Source: Octopus vulgaris (lineage: Eukaryota). From it: a DNA stretch of 64,000 nucleotides. Positions 1 to 14,307 of the stretch are shown here, piece after piece. The notes under the pieces were generated by a model. That model was given only the letters and a program-made list of their open reading frames with translations. It searched no databases and was not told the origin of the DNA. Where the stretch lies: the NCBI GenBank assembly GCA_951406725.2, contig OX597829.1, positions 24,180,001 through 24,244,000 of the forward strand, given 5' to 3'. How positions within the stretch are numbered: the first letter of the stretch is position 1; each line of letters starts with the position of its first letter. The translations under genes were made by a program, and so were the position numbers.

Positions 1-437
1 CTGGCAACCCCTGCTGTACTCTTTCGCCACAATTTTCTCTCACTCTTTCCTCTGTTGACCTGCTCGCTTAGCCAGCAGGTTGGCATCATTTGATCACTAA
101 AACAATGCGAAGCGCATTGTGACCAGCAATGTGTAGCAACATCTGAAGGCCTGGTCAGTCACAGTGATCAGGGTGATATATATATATATATACAAAATAA
201 GAAAATGGAGAAATACATCTAAATCAAATATCAATTACAAGATAATACTCAATCACATACTTTATTAAACCACCACATTAGAGACCGTAGGGTTAAACAT
301 AAAAAAGCAGAACAAATCAGTGTACATAAAGGAATGTACATAAAAAAGTGTACATAAAAGAGCAATGTTGTATAATAAGTAGAATATATATAAAAAAGAG
401 AATATAAATATAAGTAAATATAAATATAAGTATAGAT

Positions 438-570
438 TACATCTTACAGCTGTTTCGGCCATGTAGATAAGTATGTCTCATTTTACCAATATTAGCCTTT
501 TATGGTAGGTCAATATATAGATATAAATGAGACATTTACAAAGATATCATAAGGCCTCTTCAGAGATATA
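438..570 (-). ncRNA. Type I hammerhead ribozyme, intact core, extended stem II
   Basis: Minus strand reads UAUAUCU-CUGAAGA-GGCC-[92 nt]-GGCC-GAAAC-AGCU-GUA^AGAUGUA. Helix I UAUAUCU/AGAUGUA, stem II GGCC/GGCC plus AUGUCUCAUUU/AAAUGAGACAU, palindromic helix III. Confidence 0.8.
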
Positions 571-2395
571 CATATACATATGAGTGCTTATACTCACACT
601 CCTATACATATAAAAATATACATATACATAATAATGTAAATAAATAATATAAATTAGTAAACATATATATGTTCCACATTCAATGTTTCAGTTTTTCAAC
701 TTAATATTGTGATAATAAACATACACATATTAGTACCTAGATGCAAACATACATAGTCAATAGTACATTATATTACTTCCTACTAATTTCCAAAGTGTCA
801 TTAAAGTTAGCATCATTATCATTGTCAATACCATTAATGCTACCATTATTATCATTCATAATATTATTAATAACGCTTACATTAGGATCCAAAGTGGCAC
901 ATATGTATGTCCGGGTTCCAGTTAGTAATTTTCCTTATGACATAAATACACTATTGGATTTGAATTTAAATTATCATTGTCTTCCTCATGGTTGGTCCGT
1001 TGAGAGCCGCCCGGCCTCCACCACACCACACAAGAAAAACATCCACATCCACATCCAACCCTAAACCCACACGTCCACATAAAAACCCACACACACATGC
1101 ACACACACAAGAATACACCCCGACACATCCCTACACATTCACTAGATTGCAGAGTGTATGTCTGTCATCGCATGGCTTATAGACAAATCAGTACAGGCAG
1201 CAGCGTCCATACACTAACACACACACTCACACGCACATCCGCATATACTCATAAATATTAATACACTCTCATATACTGTGTCAGGGAACATTCGCACACA
1301 CATATATATACATATTTAAATATATGTCTGCGCACTCATATGTACAAATAAAACTTATACTTATATCCACCCATGAATAAATATTTGCATATACATATAT
1401 ACATATCCAAATACGCACCTGCGTACTCATATGTATAAGAAACATAAACATCCACCCACGAACATACCTATACGTACAAAAACATACATACGTATACATA
1501 CACATTTTCACACACCTCGACACCTCAACCCACATCCACTAAATCATAAATTAAAATATATGTCTGCCCATCCAAAGACATATATATACATACACAAAAA
1601 GTAAACAGAAGTTACTATTAACTTAGATATAAGTTCATTAATTATGAATTAAATTAAATTAATTATAAGTTTGTAAGTGCCAAATAAACAAAAATAAATA
1701 ATTAAAAAAATAAATATAAATATAAATATATATATATATGTATATATATCCATGTATAGATAAATAGATAAATAAAATGGAATACAAATTAAGAAGAGCA
1801 CAAAGATAGACCTAATATAGTAAATATAAGTGGATACGCCGAAATGCACCCACATGCACATACATGTGCATGCACGACCCCGCACAGACACGCGAATTCA
1901 TGGCTGGGCCCACACGCACACGTCCCTCCCGCACGCACGATCACCAAGATGCAAATGCACGAACTCGCTCGTGCATGCGTGCGCAGGTGCACAAACTCCG
2001 ATACAGTGCCACCTGAGCCCACGCTTGTGCAGCAGAAATACAACAACCCCCAACAAACCAACCGTAAAAAAACCTTATATGCTCATCAGGATAAACAACT
2101 TATACTAATTATAGACTCTCACATATTACATATTGGTATAGCAAAAACTGAAACTAGTGCCCTAAGATATGATGCGCTTATACACCCTACACAGATAAAA
2201 GACTCTGTGGGGTTCCGAATATCATGCATATATCAGAATAACTATATATTTTAGTATATTTTTCAGTCGGGACAGAAACAATCAATATAGAACACACATA
2301 TGGAGACACAAAGTTATAAATTATAAATTGTAAGGACCAATAGTACAGTCCTATATAGAGGAATGCTAAAAGATTACTGGTAGAAGAATTAGATG

Positions 2396-2721
2396 TTATT
2401 TAAATCTAGAGAAAGTGTACGCCAATTTGTGAAGGCAAAAAAAATTTCACTCATTAATGCTGTTAATAATGGGTTGGCCGGCTTTGATGATGAAGAAAAT
2501 TTCATTGATACATAAAGAGCATTTTTTATTTCTACTATTGTATACAGGTGCAGATGTTAGTATTTCCCAATCTAATTTAAAATCTAAGTTTTTACTCTTG
2601 AGTTCCCAGATATACGTACTTAACCCCGTAGAGTTCATCCTATTTTTATTTTTAAAAGTATATCTATGATAGTTTAGCCGTTGTTTTATACAATTTTTAG
2701 TTGCACCAATGTACACCCTGC
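2396..2721 (-). pseudogene. C-terminal GIY-YIG endonuclease fragment of a Penelope-like element
   Basis: RVYIGAT..KQRLNYH..F..NSTGLSTYIWELK...WEIL..A..Y....CSLCINE...IN; after a frameshift near 2450 it continues SEIFFCLHKLAYTFSRFK-stop. Typical PLE endonuclease tail, truncated just before the YIG motif. Confidence 0.85.
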
Positions 2722-3550
2722 TATATATGTATATGCAAATATTTATTCATGGGTGGATATAAGTATAGGTTTTATTTGTACATATGAGTGCGCAGACATA
2801 TATTTAAATATGTATATATGTGTGTGCGAATGTTCCCTGATACAGTATATGAGAGTGTATTAATATTTATGAGTATATGCGGATGTGCGTGTGAGTGTGT
2901 GTGTTAGTGTATGGACGCTGCTGCCTGTAAGGATTTGTCTATAAGCCATGCGATGACAGACATACACTCTGCAATCTAGTGAATGTGTAGGGATGTGTCG
3001 GGGTGTATTCTTGTGTGTGTGCATGTGTGTGTGGGTTTTTATGTGGACGTGTGGGTTTAGGGTTGGATGTGGATGTGGATGTTTTTCTTGTGCGGTGTGG
3101 TGGAGGTCGGGCGGCTCTCAACGGACCAACCATGAGGAAGACAATGATAATTTAAATTCAAATCCAATAGTGTATTTATGTCATAAGGAAAATTACTAAC
3201 TGGAACCCGGACATACATATGTGCCACTTTGGATCCTAATGTAAGCGTTATTAATAATATTATGAATGATAATAATGGTAGCATTAATGGTATTGACAAT
3301 GATAATGATGCTAACTTTAATGACACTTTGGAAATTAGTAGGAAGTAATATAATGTACTATTGACTGTGTATATTTGCATCTAGGTACTAATATGTGTAT
3401 GTTTATTATCACAATATTAAATTGAAAAACTGAAACATTGAATGTGGAACATATATATGTTTACTAATTTATATTATTTATTTACATTATTATGTATATG
3501 TATATTTTTATATGTATAGGAGTGTGAGTATAAGCACTCATATGTATATG

Positions 3551-3683
3551 TATATCTCCGAAGAGGCCTTATGATATCTTTGTAAATGTCTCATTTATAT
3601 CTATATATTGACCTTCCATAAAAGGCTAATATTGGTAAAATGAGACATACTTATCTACATGGCCGAAACAGCTGTAAGATGTA
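3551..3683 (+). ncRNA. Hammerhead copy in the inverted arm (core variant CCGAAGA)
   Basis: TATATCT-CCGAAGA-GGCC...GGCC-GAAAC-AGCT-GTA-AGATGTA; U4C relative to the 438-570 copy. Confidence 0.7.
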
Positions 3684-4100
3684 ATCTATACTTATATTTA
3701 TATTTACTTATATTTATATTCTCTTTTTTATATATATTCTACTTATTATACAACATTACTCTTTTATGTACACTTTTTTATGTACATTCCTTTATGTACA
3801 CTGATTTGTTCTGCTTTTTTATGTTTAACCCTACAGTCTTTTATGTGGTGGTTTAATAAAGTATGTGATTGAGTATTATCTGGTAATTGATATTTGATTT
3901 AGATGTATTTCTCCATTTTCTTATCTTGTATTAGTAATTTGTGGTAAATCCTTTTACCTTTGCCCATGTAATACAGTAAATGAATTGATTGCATCGCAAT
4001 CCTTAACATTTATGTATTAACTTTGTTGGGTACTTCACTAGCAGTATATTGGATATATGTTATCCCATGGAGGGTTGCATTTACAACCCCTATCTCAATT

Positions 4101-4138
<38 letters not shown>

Positions 4139-4989
4139 GATGGATACATATGTATAAATATAAGTATATATATATATTTGGGTGTATGTATTGTTGACAT
4201 CACAAGAATATTATTAACCTTCAAGAGAATGAGAAATAAATCTTCTATGTCAGATTGAGGGGAAGAGAATTGTATATGACAAAGCATACACATAAAACTA
4301 TAAACAATAACATGTAAATATTGGACAAACATTGTACATATTTTGTATACATTTATATATGCTTTATATAATGGAAGATGATTGAGACAGTAAGCATAAA
4401 TCATAACCAAATGGCAACTACTGTATATGTCAGCATATAATACGACTGGGTGTACAAGACGACTCCCAGGCTTTCCATTTAAAAAGTGGGTTTTGAGCTA
4501 TACTTGCTGTATAAGACTACCTCAAGTTTTCATGGAAAATAGCTCGAGGGCTGAATGAATGGGGTTCATAGCTAAAGGGGTCAGGTGAGCTGTAGCTTCC
4601 CAGCGACCTCTGAAGCCTTTGCTTTTCTTGTGTTTAAATAGCATTTTAACTGTTTCACTCAGTAAACTTTGTTTGCAAGAATTTTGCAGTCTTTATGCAG
4701 TTCTTTTCAAAGAGTGGCCAAATATTGTAACTTACTTATGATAATATACATCAAAGTTAATGGTCAGATTTTATATAGGGTATATAAGATGACCTCTAGT
4801 TTTGGGATGATTTTTTAAAGTTCAAATTCCATCCTGTACACCAGTCTATATGGTATAAATTCCTTTAGAATTCTACCATCTTAAAAAAAGCTTCTGTGTG
4901 AAGCAAGGCATGTTAGATAATGTTGTACTAAATAATACATTGTCTGAATGAAAGATTGGATGGTCATGGCTGGCAGAGATTTTGATCAC

Positions 4990-6114
4990 AATTAACTGAG
5001 AAGATAGCTTTTTGTCATTGCCTCTGTGAGGCCCAACGTTCGAAGGTCATGCTTTCATGTGCAGCAGATGCACAGGGGCAATAGACACCACAGATACTCA
5101 GAAAACAGATTCCGTCACACTCCAGGGGGAGAAACTAGAAGTAGTTGATAGTTTCTGCTATCTAGATGACTAAGTTAGTAGTGGGGGTGGGTGCTCAGAG
5201 AGTGTCACCACTAGAATACAAATAGCCTGGGCAAAGTTTAGAAAGCTTCTACCCCTACTGGTGACAAAGGGTCTCTTGCTCAGAGTGAAAGGTAGATTGT
5301 ACGACTCATGTGTGCAAACTGCCATGCTTCACGGTAGTGAGACATGGGCTGTGACTGCAGATGACATGCGTAGGATTGAAAGAAATGAAGCTAGCACAAT
5401 TCGCTGGATGTGTAATGTCAGTGTGCACACATGACAGAGTGTAAGCACCCTGAGAGAAATGCTGGACATACGAAGCATTGGATGTGGCATGCAAGAGAGC
5501 CGTTTGTGCTGGTATGTTCATGTACAACTGATGGATGTGGAGAGATGTGTGAAGAAGTGTCACTCCCAAACAGTTGAAGGAATCCGGGGTAGAGGTAGAC
5601 TCAGGAAGATATGGAATGAGGTGGTCAAGCATGACCTTCAAACGTTGGGCCTCACAGAGGCAATGACAAAAACTGAGATCTCTGGAGGTATGCTGTGACT
5701 GTGAAGACCTGACAAATAACATGAGTTCATGGCTGTTTCCTGCACCAGTTTCACATAGCAGCCCCAGCCCAACCAAAGTACCTTGGATTGCAGAACGGCC
5801 TGCTGTGCTTACCTTGGATCGTAGGGCAACCTGCTGTGCTTGAGGAGACCTATTGAGTCAAGTACATCAACATCAAATAAAAATCAAATGGAAATTGTAG
5901 GTGGATACCTGTGCCGGTGGCACATAAAAAGCACCCACTACACTCACGGAGTGGTTGGCATTAGGAAGGGACCCAGCTGTAGAAACACTGCCAGATCAGA
6001 CTGGAGCCTGGTGCAGCCTCCTGGCTTCCCAGATCTGGTCGAACCTTCCAACCCACACTAGCATGGAAAACGGACGTTATAAGATGATGATGATGATGAT
6101 GAGGATGATGATGA
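4990..6114 (+). mobile_element. 5'-truncated RTE-clade LINE (RT C-terminus plus 3' UTR) with (GAT)n tail
   Basis: Colinear with 48935-50113 (ITLQGEKLEVVDSF, RIAWAKFRKLLPLL...), several stops, ends gatgatgatgat. Confidence 0.85.
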
Positions 6115-7779
6115 CCTCTTAAGTTGGGGCATATCTGGGTTTAGTCCTGTAGCATTCAGATTACTGTCAAATGTAATACTTATTTATTCAGATTGTTTTG
6201 AATTATGGCTTATCTTGTAGCTCTGAGATTTCAATGATGTGATTGTTTATTTTTACAATGACTTTGTAGGGTAGGTGTGAGAGGTTGGATCTGGCCAGTT
6301 TGAACATAAAACGCATAGAATATTTGGATTAAACAGCAACTTGCTTAATGTAACAGGTAACCCTGTGTTTAAAATAGAGGCCACACGAATCATAAAGGAG
6401 TAAGACTATGTTATCACATGGTCTAATTAAAGTACCAGTCATATCCCTAACAACTACTTCCCCTTAACCTTTTCATTGCCATATTTTCATTAAAATACAC
6501 ATTCTTTGTTAGAATAAATTTTGAAAATAATGAGTTTAGTAAAATAATTTTGTCGTTATTCAGCTAGTGTTTGGAACATAAATCAGGGTGAAATTTTCAA
6601 AATTAATGTAAACAAAGGTCTTGATTTAGATTTTTTTCAAAACAGGTAATTTGCATCATAGAACCAGGGAGAGTCTCAGGTAGGTTGGTATCAGAATAAT
6701 GAAGACAGACATAATGGAAAGGTCTGGAAGCTACATCATATGACTAGGATATTTCAGTTGAAACATGCTGCTTTCATTTCCATTGATTTTGAAAATTATG
6801 AAGAATTTAGTAAAATATATTTGTAATTATTAAGCTAGTGTTTGGAACATTAATAGGGAATTTCAGTGGGAGGTTTTAATTTAGATCACTTAAAACAGGA
6901 AGTTTGTAGCATAAAACCTGGAATGGTCTCAGAAGGGTGAAGACAAAGAAGATGGAAAGATCTGAAAGCTAGATCATGTGACGAAGATAATATCTGCTGA
7001 TATTACAGTTTTTGTTTCAGTTAATTTTGAAAATAATGGAGAATTTAGTATATATATATATATATTCGATGGGCTTCTTTCAGTTTCTTTCTACTAAATT
7101 CACTCACAAGGCTTTCATTGGCCCAAGGCTATAGTAGAAGACATTTGCCAAAGGTGTCAAGCAAGCTTCTTACCACATACCTACACCTGTATAATAATAA
7201 TAATGATTGGTGTTGGTATGATTCTGTGGCTAAGAAGTTTGCTTTACCACCATGTGGTTTCAGGTTCAGTTCCACTGTGCTGCACATAGCATATCCTTTT
7301 AGATCTGCCCTGCTGAATTCCAGATCAGAAATTATCAGCAAATGCAAACATATGGATAAGTTTCTTTTGGCAAATTGGAGAACATCACCCTTTCTGGATT
7401 CAATAGCTGTATCACAGACAAGAGACCTCTTCCGTTGATTCTACACCATCAAGACTTATAACTCTATGGTCAAAGGGAACATAACTCTACTTTGTCTTTT
7501 TTCTTTTTTGCCTTTCTCTTTTCAATCTTTTTCAACATTCCACTTTTTGAACTCATCTCATTTTTCAGCAACACATGGTGATATTTGTTGACATTTTCCT
7601 GTCAACAGATCATTCAGTAACTCTTCACTTTCAAAGATAAGAAGGATGAAAAAGAAACAGATAAGGGTTAATGACAGGAAGGGTATCCAGCTATACAAAT
7701 AATGTGTCAATAAAATATATTCATCTAAACCATGCTAGCATAGGAAAAAGGACTTAAAAACAAATGAATAATAATAATA

Positions 7780-7810
<31 letters not shown>

Positions 7811-7989
7811 TGATAATAATTTTGGCACAAGGCCAGTAATTTTGGAGGAGGGGTAAGTCAATTACATCAACCCCAGTCTTCAACTAGTACTTATTTTATT
7901 GACCCTAAAAGGCAGAGTTAACATCTATGGAATTTAAACTCAGAATATAAAGATGGACAAATTGTTGTGAAACATTTTGCCTACCATAT

Positions 7990-9009
7990 TGTTGTGGTTC
8001 GGCTTAAGGACAGAGCTGGTGACCTACTTTTGGGATAAACCCATTGTCCTATCAGATTCAGGTGGATTGATCGGTTCTGGGTGGACCTGCGACCCCTTTC
8101 AGGTGAACTAGAGGTCGTTCTAAACACCCCTTGAAGATGAGGAAGATAGAGAGAATATTGGCAGTGGAAAGACAGAGTAAGGTATCTGAGAGCTGTCATG
8201 AGAGAGTGAGAGCAGCAGCGCCGATAGAGATAGGGACATAGGACCAGGCGGGATAGAGAGAGTATAAAGCTAAGAGACAGATTGAGGGTAGTGATAAAGG
8301 ACAGTCGGATTTTGGAAGTCAAGGCAAGCGGTTGGGATTCAGGAGCTTGGCAGGTTGGAGTTAGCGGTACTGAGAGAGATGAAGTGCAATATGGGACACT
8401 GGCTATTCTAATTAGGAATTAAGGTATGTGAATTGTGTATTGATATGTGTAGAAAAAGAAGGACAAGGAATCGAAATGAACAGTGAAAAGAAATGAGACA
8501 GTGAAAAGAACATTGTGAATTGAGTAAAGGACTTGTCGATTATCGAGTTGTGGTATTTATGTTCAGAATTGTGTTGATACATGTTACAAAAGAAAATAGA
8601 AAAAGACTTTAAAGAACTGTGAACGTTATTTGCTGATGTGTTTTGAAACAGAACTGTGTCTTCGGACGTGTACCTTTGAAATGCTGATGTATTGACCTGG
8701 ATGTGTTGTATACCTGTATTGATTTGTTGTTTCCTTTAAATGCTTTGATCTGTTGTATGATGTATTGAGTTGTCATGTGCATGTCCTCCTTTAAATGTAT
8801 CTGAAATGTATTTGATGTGTAACAATTGATTGTCATATAAACTAGTGTTAAATGTAAGCCAGTTGTGCCTTGCCATTTTGTGTCTCTCTCGGTTGCCTCT
8901 GTATCTCTCTGTGCTGCTGCTGCTGTTGTTGTTGCTCTATCTCTCCTCTCTCTCGGTTCCGTGGCGAGCTTGCCCGTTCGGGCGAGCGACGACGGGTGAT
9001 TCCGTAACA
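7990..9009. mobile_element. Solo LTR (about 1020 bp) inserted into a SINE
   Basis: TGTT...AACA termini, 4-bp direct repeat ATAT at 7986-7989 and 9010-9013; it splits a SINE-B copy whose sequence resumes after 9013. Confidence 0.6.
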
Positions 9010-9037
9010 ATATTAATGATTTTGCCAGTTCACCGCC

Positions 9038-9092
<55 letters not shown>

Positions 9093-9780
9093 TTCTATTC
9101 AAGGCACAAGGCCTAAAATTTTGGAGCTGGTGATCAGCCAATTTTATTGACCCCAGTACTCAACTGGTACTTATTTCAATGATCCCAAATGGATAAAAAG
9201 CAAAGGTGACCTCAGTAAAATTTGAACTCAGAACACAAAGACAGATGAAACACCACTAAGCATTTTGTTCAGCATGCTAAAAATTCTACCAGCTCATCCC
9301 TTTAATACTAATGATGATGATGATGATGAATTTTTTGCTGGTTTATTTACTAATCTGAAGGCTTGTTTTTATTAAGGAATAATGGCATTGATTGAATCAA
9401 TGTCCGTTATGTTATAGATGATCATCAGAGATGAAAAACGATCCACACATATAGAGATGCACATCCATCCATACATACAAACACGGTACATAATTACATA
9501 ACACACACACACACACACATACAAACACACAAACATGCACACACAAGGTGACAGAGGTGCATACATATACAAACACACTCACACACACATACATAGAAAA
9601 TACACAAACACAGACATGCAAGCACATGAATATACAGGATACATACGTACAGATGCACACACACACACATATATACATACACATGCATACATACATACAT
9701 GCATACGTACATGCATGCATGCATAGGCACACACACACACTGACCCACACACATGCGCACAAACAAACAAAAAGGAACAC

Positions 9781-9990
9781 AGTGTAGATAACGGACAGAG
9801 TCAAGACTATTGAAAAGGTTGCAAGACGCAACGAAAATTTTAGGAAAATAAAAATAAGAAATAAGTGGAAATTTTACCGGTGAGTGTGTTACATTATAAG
9901 GCACAAAAAGAAAATGACTCTCCCCAGACACAACAGACTATGCTTCAACACACAAACTCATATAAAGAATCTTGCAAACCAAATCCAAAA
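9781..9990 (+). mobile_element. Dispersed repeat, same family as the fold-back at 56592-56880
   Basis: Near-identical to 56682-56880; contains a hammerhead-shaped GTTGC-aagac-GCAAC-GAAA hairpin. Confidence 0.7.
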
Positions 9991-12900
9991 ACAAGAAGAA
10001 TAAAGCTAACATGATAGATATGTTTATTTATTAAGTAAAAACAGTACAGAAACATTTATTTGTTTTTTGCTGTTGTTTTTTTTTTTTTTAAATCTCATCC
10101 CACCCCAACCTGATTCTTCCTTTGCATGAAAAAACAAAATATTCTATGTATTACATGCAGAAGGTGTATATATGTATGTTGGTGTGTTTAATTTAAGGAA
10201 TATTAAAAATTAAATTTCTAAGTGTATTCTCACACAAAATTGATTGTTTCCAATGAACAAAATGCAAAAAAAAAAAAAAAAAAATGTAAGAATATTTTGT
10301 ATAGCACATATTTTTTTAAAAGATATGTGGAGGACAGTATAATTCAATGGATATTTACGCATACACACATACACAACATGCACATGATATGTGTAGCTTA
10401 TGCATACATGCATGCAAACACACACACAAGCTTCTTTCATATACATATTCCATGAGTATGTAAAACTTTCCTTTTATATGTAAATATATATATATATTAT
10501 GGAAGAAGTGTAAGACAGGAAGTGTAAATCATAAATTTTAATAAATATATATATTTATCTTTGTATGTGTGTGAGAATATATACATATGTGTGTGTCTAT
10601 GTATGTATATATGCATATAAATATATGTGTACACACACATACATATATGAAACACATATATTTACTTACACACACATATATATGCAAATATATATACACA
10701 CACATATATATATATAGATTTGTAATATATCGATATATATATGAATAAATATAATATATATATAAATATTATATATACATAAATATATGTGTATTTATAT
10801 ATAATATATATATATATATATACGCATGAATATATATATATAAATATAATATATCCATAAATATAATATGTGTATGTATATGCATATATATATATATACA
10901 CACACACATAATAAATATACATATGTACACAATATATATATATATGTACACATAATATATATATATATGTATATATATGTACACATACACACACACATAT
11001 ATAATATACACATACACACTCACACACAAAACCATTTTGGTGTATATTTAAATAACATATTGGACAAGCTTCAACTTAATATGAATTTTTGATTGGAACG
11101 TTATGAATAAAGTAACATTTTCATTTTGATAAATGGTTATTATACAAAAGTGGGTAATCTTTAAGAACATTTTGCAAACATTTTCACACAAATCTTCGTT
11201 CTTAGACATTTCTAAAACTACCTCTTACACAACTTTTCACAATGCATCGAAGTTGAACATTTCCAGATATGGTACTACTGCAGTTAGTGTCACTCATCCA
11301 TTGGTTCTGGTGAGACTTGATCTGTTTGAAGTTGGGCTTGGTGCAGTTACTTGACTGCTGTAATGCAATTAACTAAGCTAGATTGAGCTCCTTAGCTGTG
11401 GTGAATATAATCAATCTAGAAAGAAAAAAATTATTACATCTTTCCAACATGCCCTAAGTCCACATGGAAGAGTATGGCTGATAAAACTAACATGAGGTAT
11501 GTCCAATAACATAGATTCATCTTATAGAGGCAACTATCTCATGTTGGTGTGCATTTTTGCACAGGTGGAGATAGTGAGAAATGATGAAATAACTTAAGGA
11601 GATTGGCTGCAACAACCCTCTGCAATACACCAACATTAACATACAGTAAATCTATGCCACCATAGAACACAGTTATACAACATCCACAACTGTACAACAC
11701 ACCAGTACTATCAATGACACAGCTATACAATATTCACTTCCATACAACACACCTACACTACCATACAAAATAGCACTGTAAATACATCAATAGCATACAC
11801 ATCTATGTAAACACACAAAACACATGTCTGTTTAATGTCACCCAATCTGTTAAATTCAAACAATTGAAACATCTGCCAATGAATCACCTATTATTTTTCA
11901 AAATGGAGCCAAAGAAATCACTTAGGGAACACCTATATGGTTATTTGATCTGCTCAATGTAATAACTAAATTTTCCTTGTTAAACTTCCTAACTTTCTTT
12001 CAAATAGAAATTACATGTATTCTAAGGACCCAAACTTAGGATAACAAAAAAAAAAAAAAATCCCAGGATTTTGAGATTTGTTGGGTTAATATTTAGGGGC
12101 TTTATGTAATTCAATACCTAAAAAATAGACAAATTAAGAAGGCCTTTCAATCTCCTAGAATAAAAAGTCAAATCTCTTTCAAATTACACCAAACCATTTT
12201 AAAGAAGAAAAAATATCTGATAAAGTCAAGGATAAAAAGACAGGATGGTCACACTACTGATCATGAATTTTCTTGGTGAAATCCAATTTGGAGCTAAACA
12301 ATAACACTGAGATATTAATCCAAAAAGAAATTTAGAAACTTTGAGAGAACATGAAAGAATTTCTTTTTAATGGTTGAACTCAAAGCAGATAAAGCTATAA
12401 ACAATAGAGTGCCATGTTTACAGATGTGGGATTGAGTCCCACAGGTAGCCTTCAAATTTTTCTATCCATAGAATTTTTTAACCCAATATTTACATGCTAT
12501 TAATTATAGCTTTATCACTTTAAGCTCAACTGTTAAAAATGGATAATGAATCCAATGTTTTGTTCAATCAGCAACCTCTTACAATTAAGAAAAACCAATC
12601 AAGACAGTTATTCAATAACAATAAATCAAGACCATCATATTATATCACACTACATGCCTCAACCTAATTTATATCTACTATTTCAGCAGTTTCTATACAA
12701 AACATGTCATTATGTATGTATGTATGCATGTGTGTGTGTGTGAGTGTGTGAGCGTGTGTGTGTGTGTGTGTGTGTGTGTCTATATATACATCATTATATA
12801 TTTTAAGGATCAATGTTTATAATATACAATATTAAGTTAACAAATCACATGACATTCAACTTCTCTCATTGACCAGTGATTAGTCACCAATTAGGTCTTA

Positions 12901-13038
12901 CATTAAAGCATTTCATATTATTTATAACTGGGATCAAATTGAAAATTAAAAAAATACATATAATTTCATTTGATATGTAATATATCTAACAATTGCAATA
13001 CAAAAATAACTTTTAGTAACACTGTTTTAACTTTGATG

Positions 13039-13149
<111 letters not shown>

Positions 13150-14027
13150 TTAAAAACAATATTGGCTTCAAATTTTGGCACTAGGCCAGGATTTTTGGGG
13201 GGTTGGGGTAAGTTCATCACTTGACTTGTATGTTGTTTTATTACCGTGGCAAGATGAAAGACAAAGTTGACCTCCTGGAGTATTTGAATTTAGAATCTAA
13301 AAAGCAGAAAGAAGTTCTACCAAGCATCATGTCCAATGTTGCTAAACATTCTGCCGGCTCACTACTTGATAATGATAATAATAATAATAATTCCACACAT
13401 ACAATACTGTACATTTTTTGCAGGGTTAAGGGCCAATCAATTATACGGACCCCAGTACGTGACTGGTACTCAATTTTATCAACTTCTGAAAAAAATGACA
13501 AATTGAGCCTCGGAAGGACTTTATACAGAATATAAAGAATCACAACTAAATACTGCAAAACTTTTTGTCTTTTTGTCACCTGCTCTACCAATTCTACCTA
13601 TTGCTTCTCAACATTTTAATTAAAATCTGGCATATAAATTTCTTGGAGACAAAACCCCAACACTAGAAGCAGTAGAAGTAAAAATATAATGTATCAGAGC
13701 TAGATTGTTTAGATTTTTTGGGCTGGTACTCTACTATTTAGTATGGTACTCTATAACTTAGAACTGTACTCAACTATGTAGTAATGTACTCTACAATTTA
13801 CTATGAGACTACACATTTCAGGACAGGGTTATAACTGAATCAACTGAGACCAGTACGTAAATGGAGCTTTTAATTTCTCATTTCATTTGAAACCAGAAAC
13901 AAAACACCACAGATATTTGTTACCATTCTCACTACCATGTAAGCAGCAATAACAATAAAGGTTTCTAATTTAGGCACAAGGAGAGCAGTCTTGGGAGACA
14001 AGGTTAGTCAATATAATCAACCATTTA

Positions 14028-14193
14028 CATTATTTACATTTGACGGATATTTGTCCTCATCTTGTTTATTGTAAACACAACATTTCGGCTGATATACCCT
14101 CCAGCAGTTATCAGGTGTCTTGGAGAAATTTCGAACCTGGGTTCTCATTCCTAAGGTATTTTTCGATGTTGTTGCAGTTATTATTATTATTAA

Positions 14194-14243
<50 letters not shown>

Positions 14244-14270
14244 TCACTTCTTGGAATCGAACTCAGAATC

Positions 14271-14307
<37 letters not shown>

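Larger units (their letters stand above)
191..4102 (-). mobile_element. 5'-truncated Penelope-like retroelement with inverted pseudo-LTRs (arms 191-1401 and 2722-3930) plus a 172-bp one-sided tail, inserted in (TA)n
   Basis: About 1.2-kb near-identical inverted arms (mirror ORFs in the track), a GIY-YIG fragment in the spacer, hammerhead motifs in both arms, (TA)n on both flanks. Confidence 0.85.

Noticed and set aside
265-1182. Mirror-image ORFs (65, 107, 68, 64 aa) repeated at 2939-3856 and 22662-24184
   Set aside because: They arise from the inverted non-coding pseudo-LTR arms; low complexity, frames differ between copies, no domain motifs.
191-3930. Long palindromes as pure assembly artefacts
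   Set aside because: Arms differ by scattered substitutions and indels, and the architecture recurs at a second locus with a different inner junction; long reads would still be the final check.
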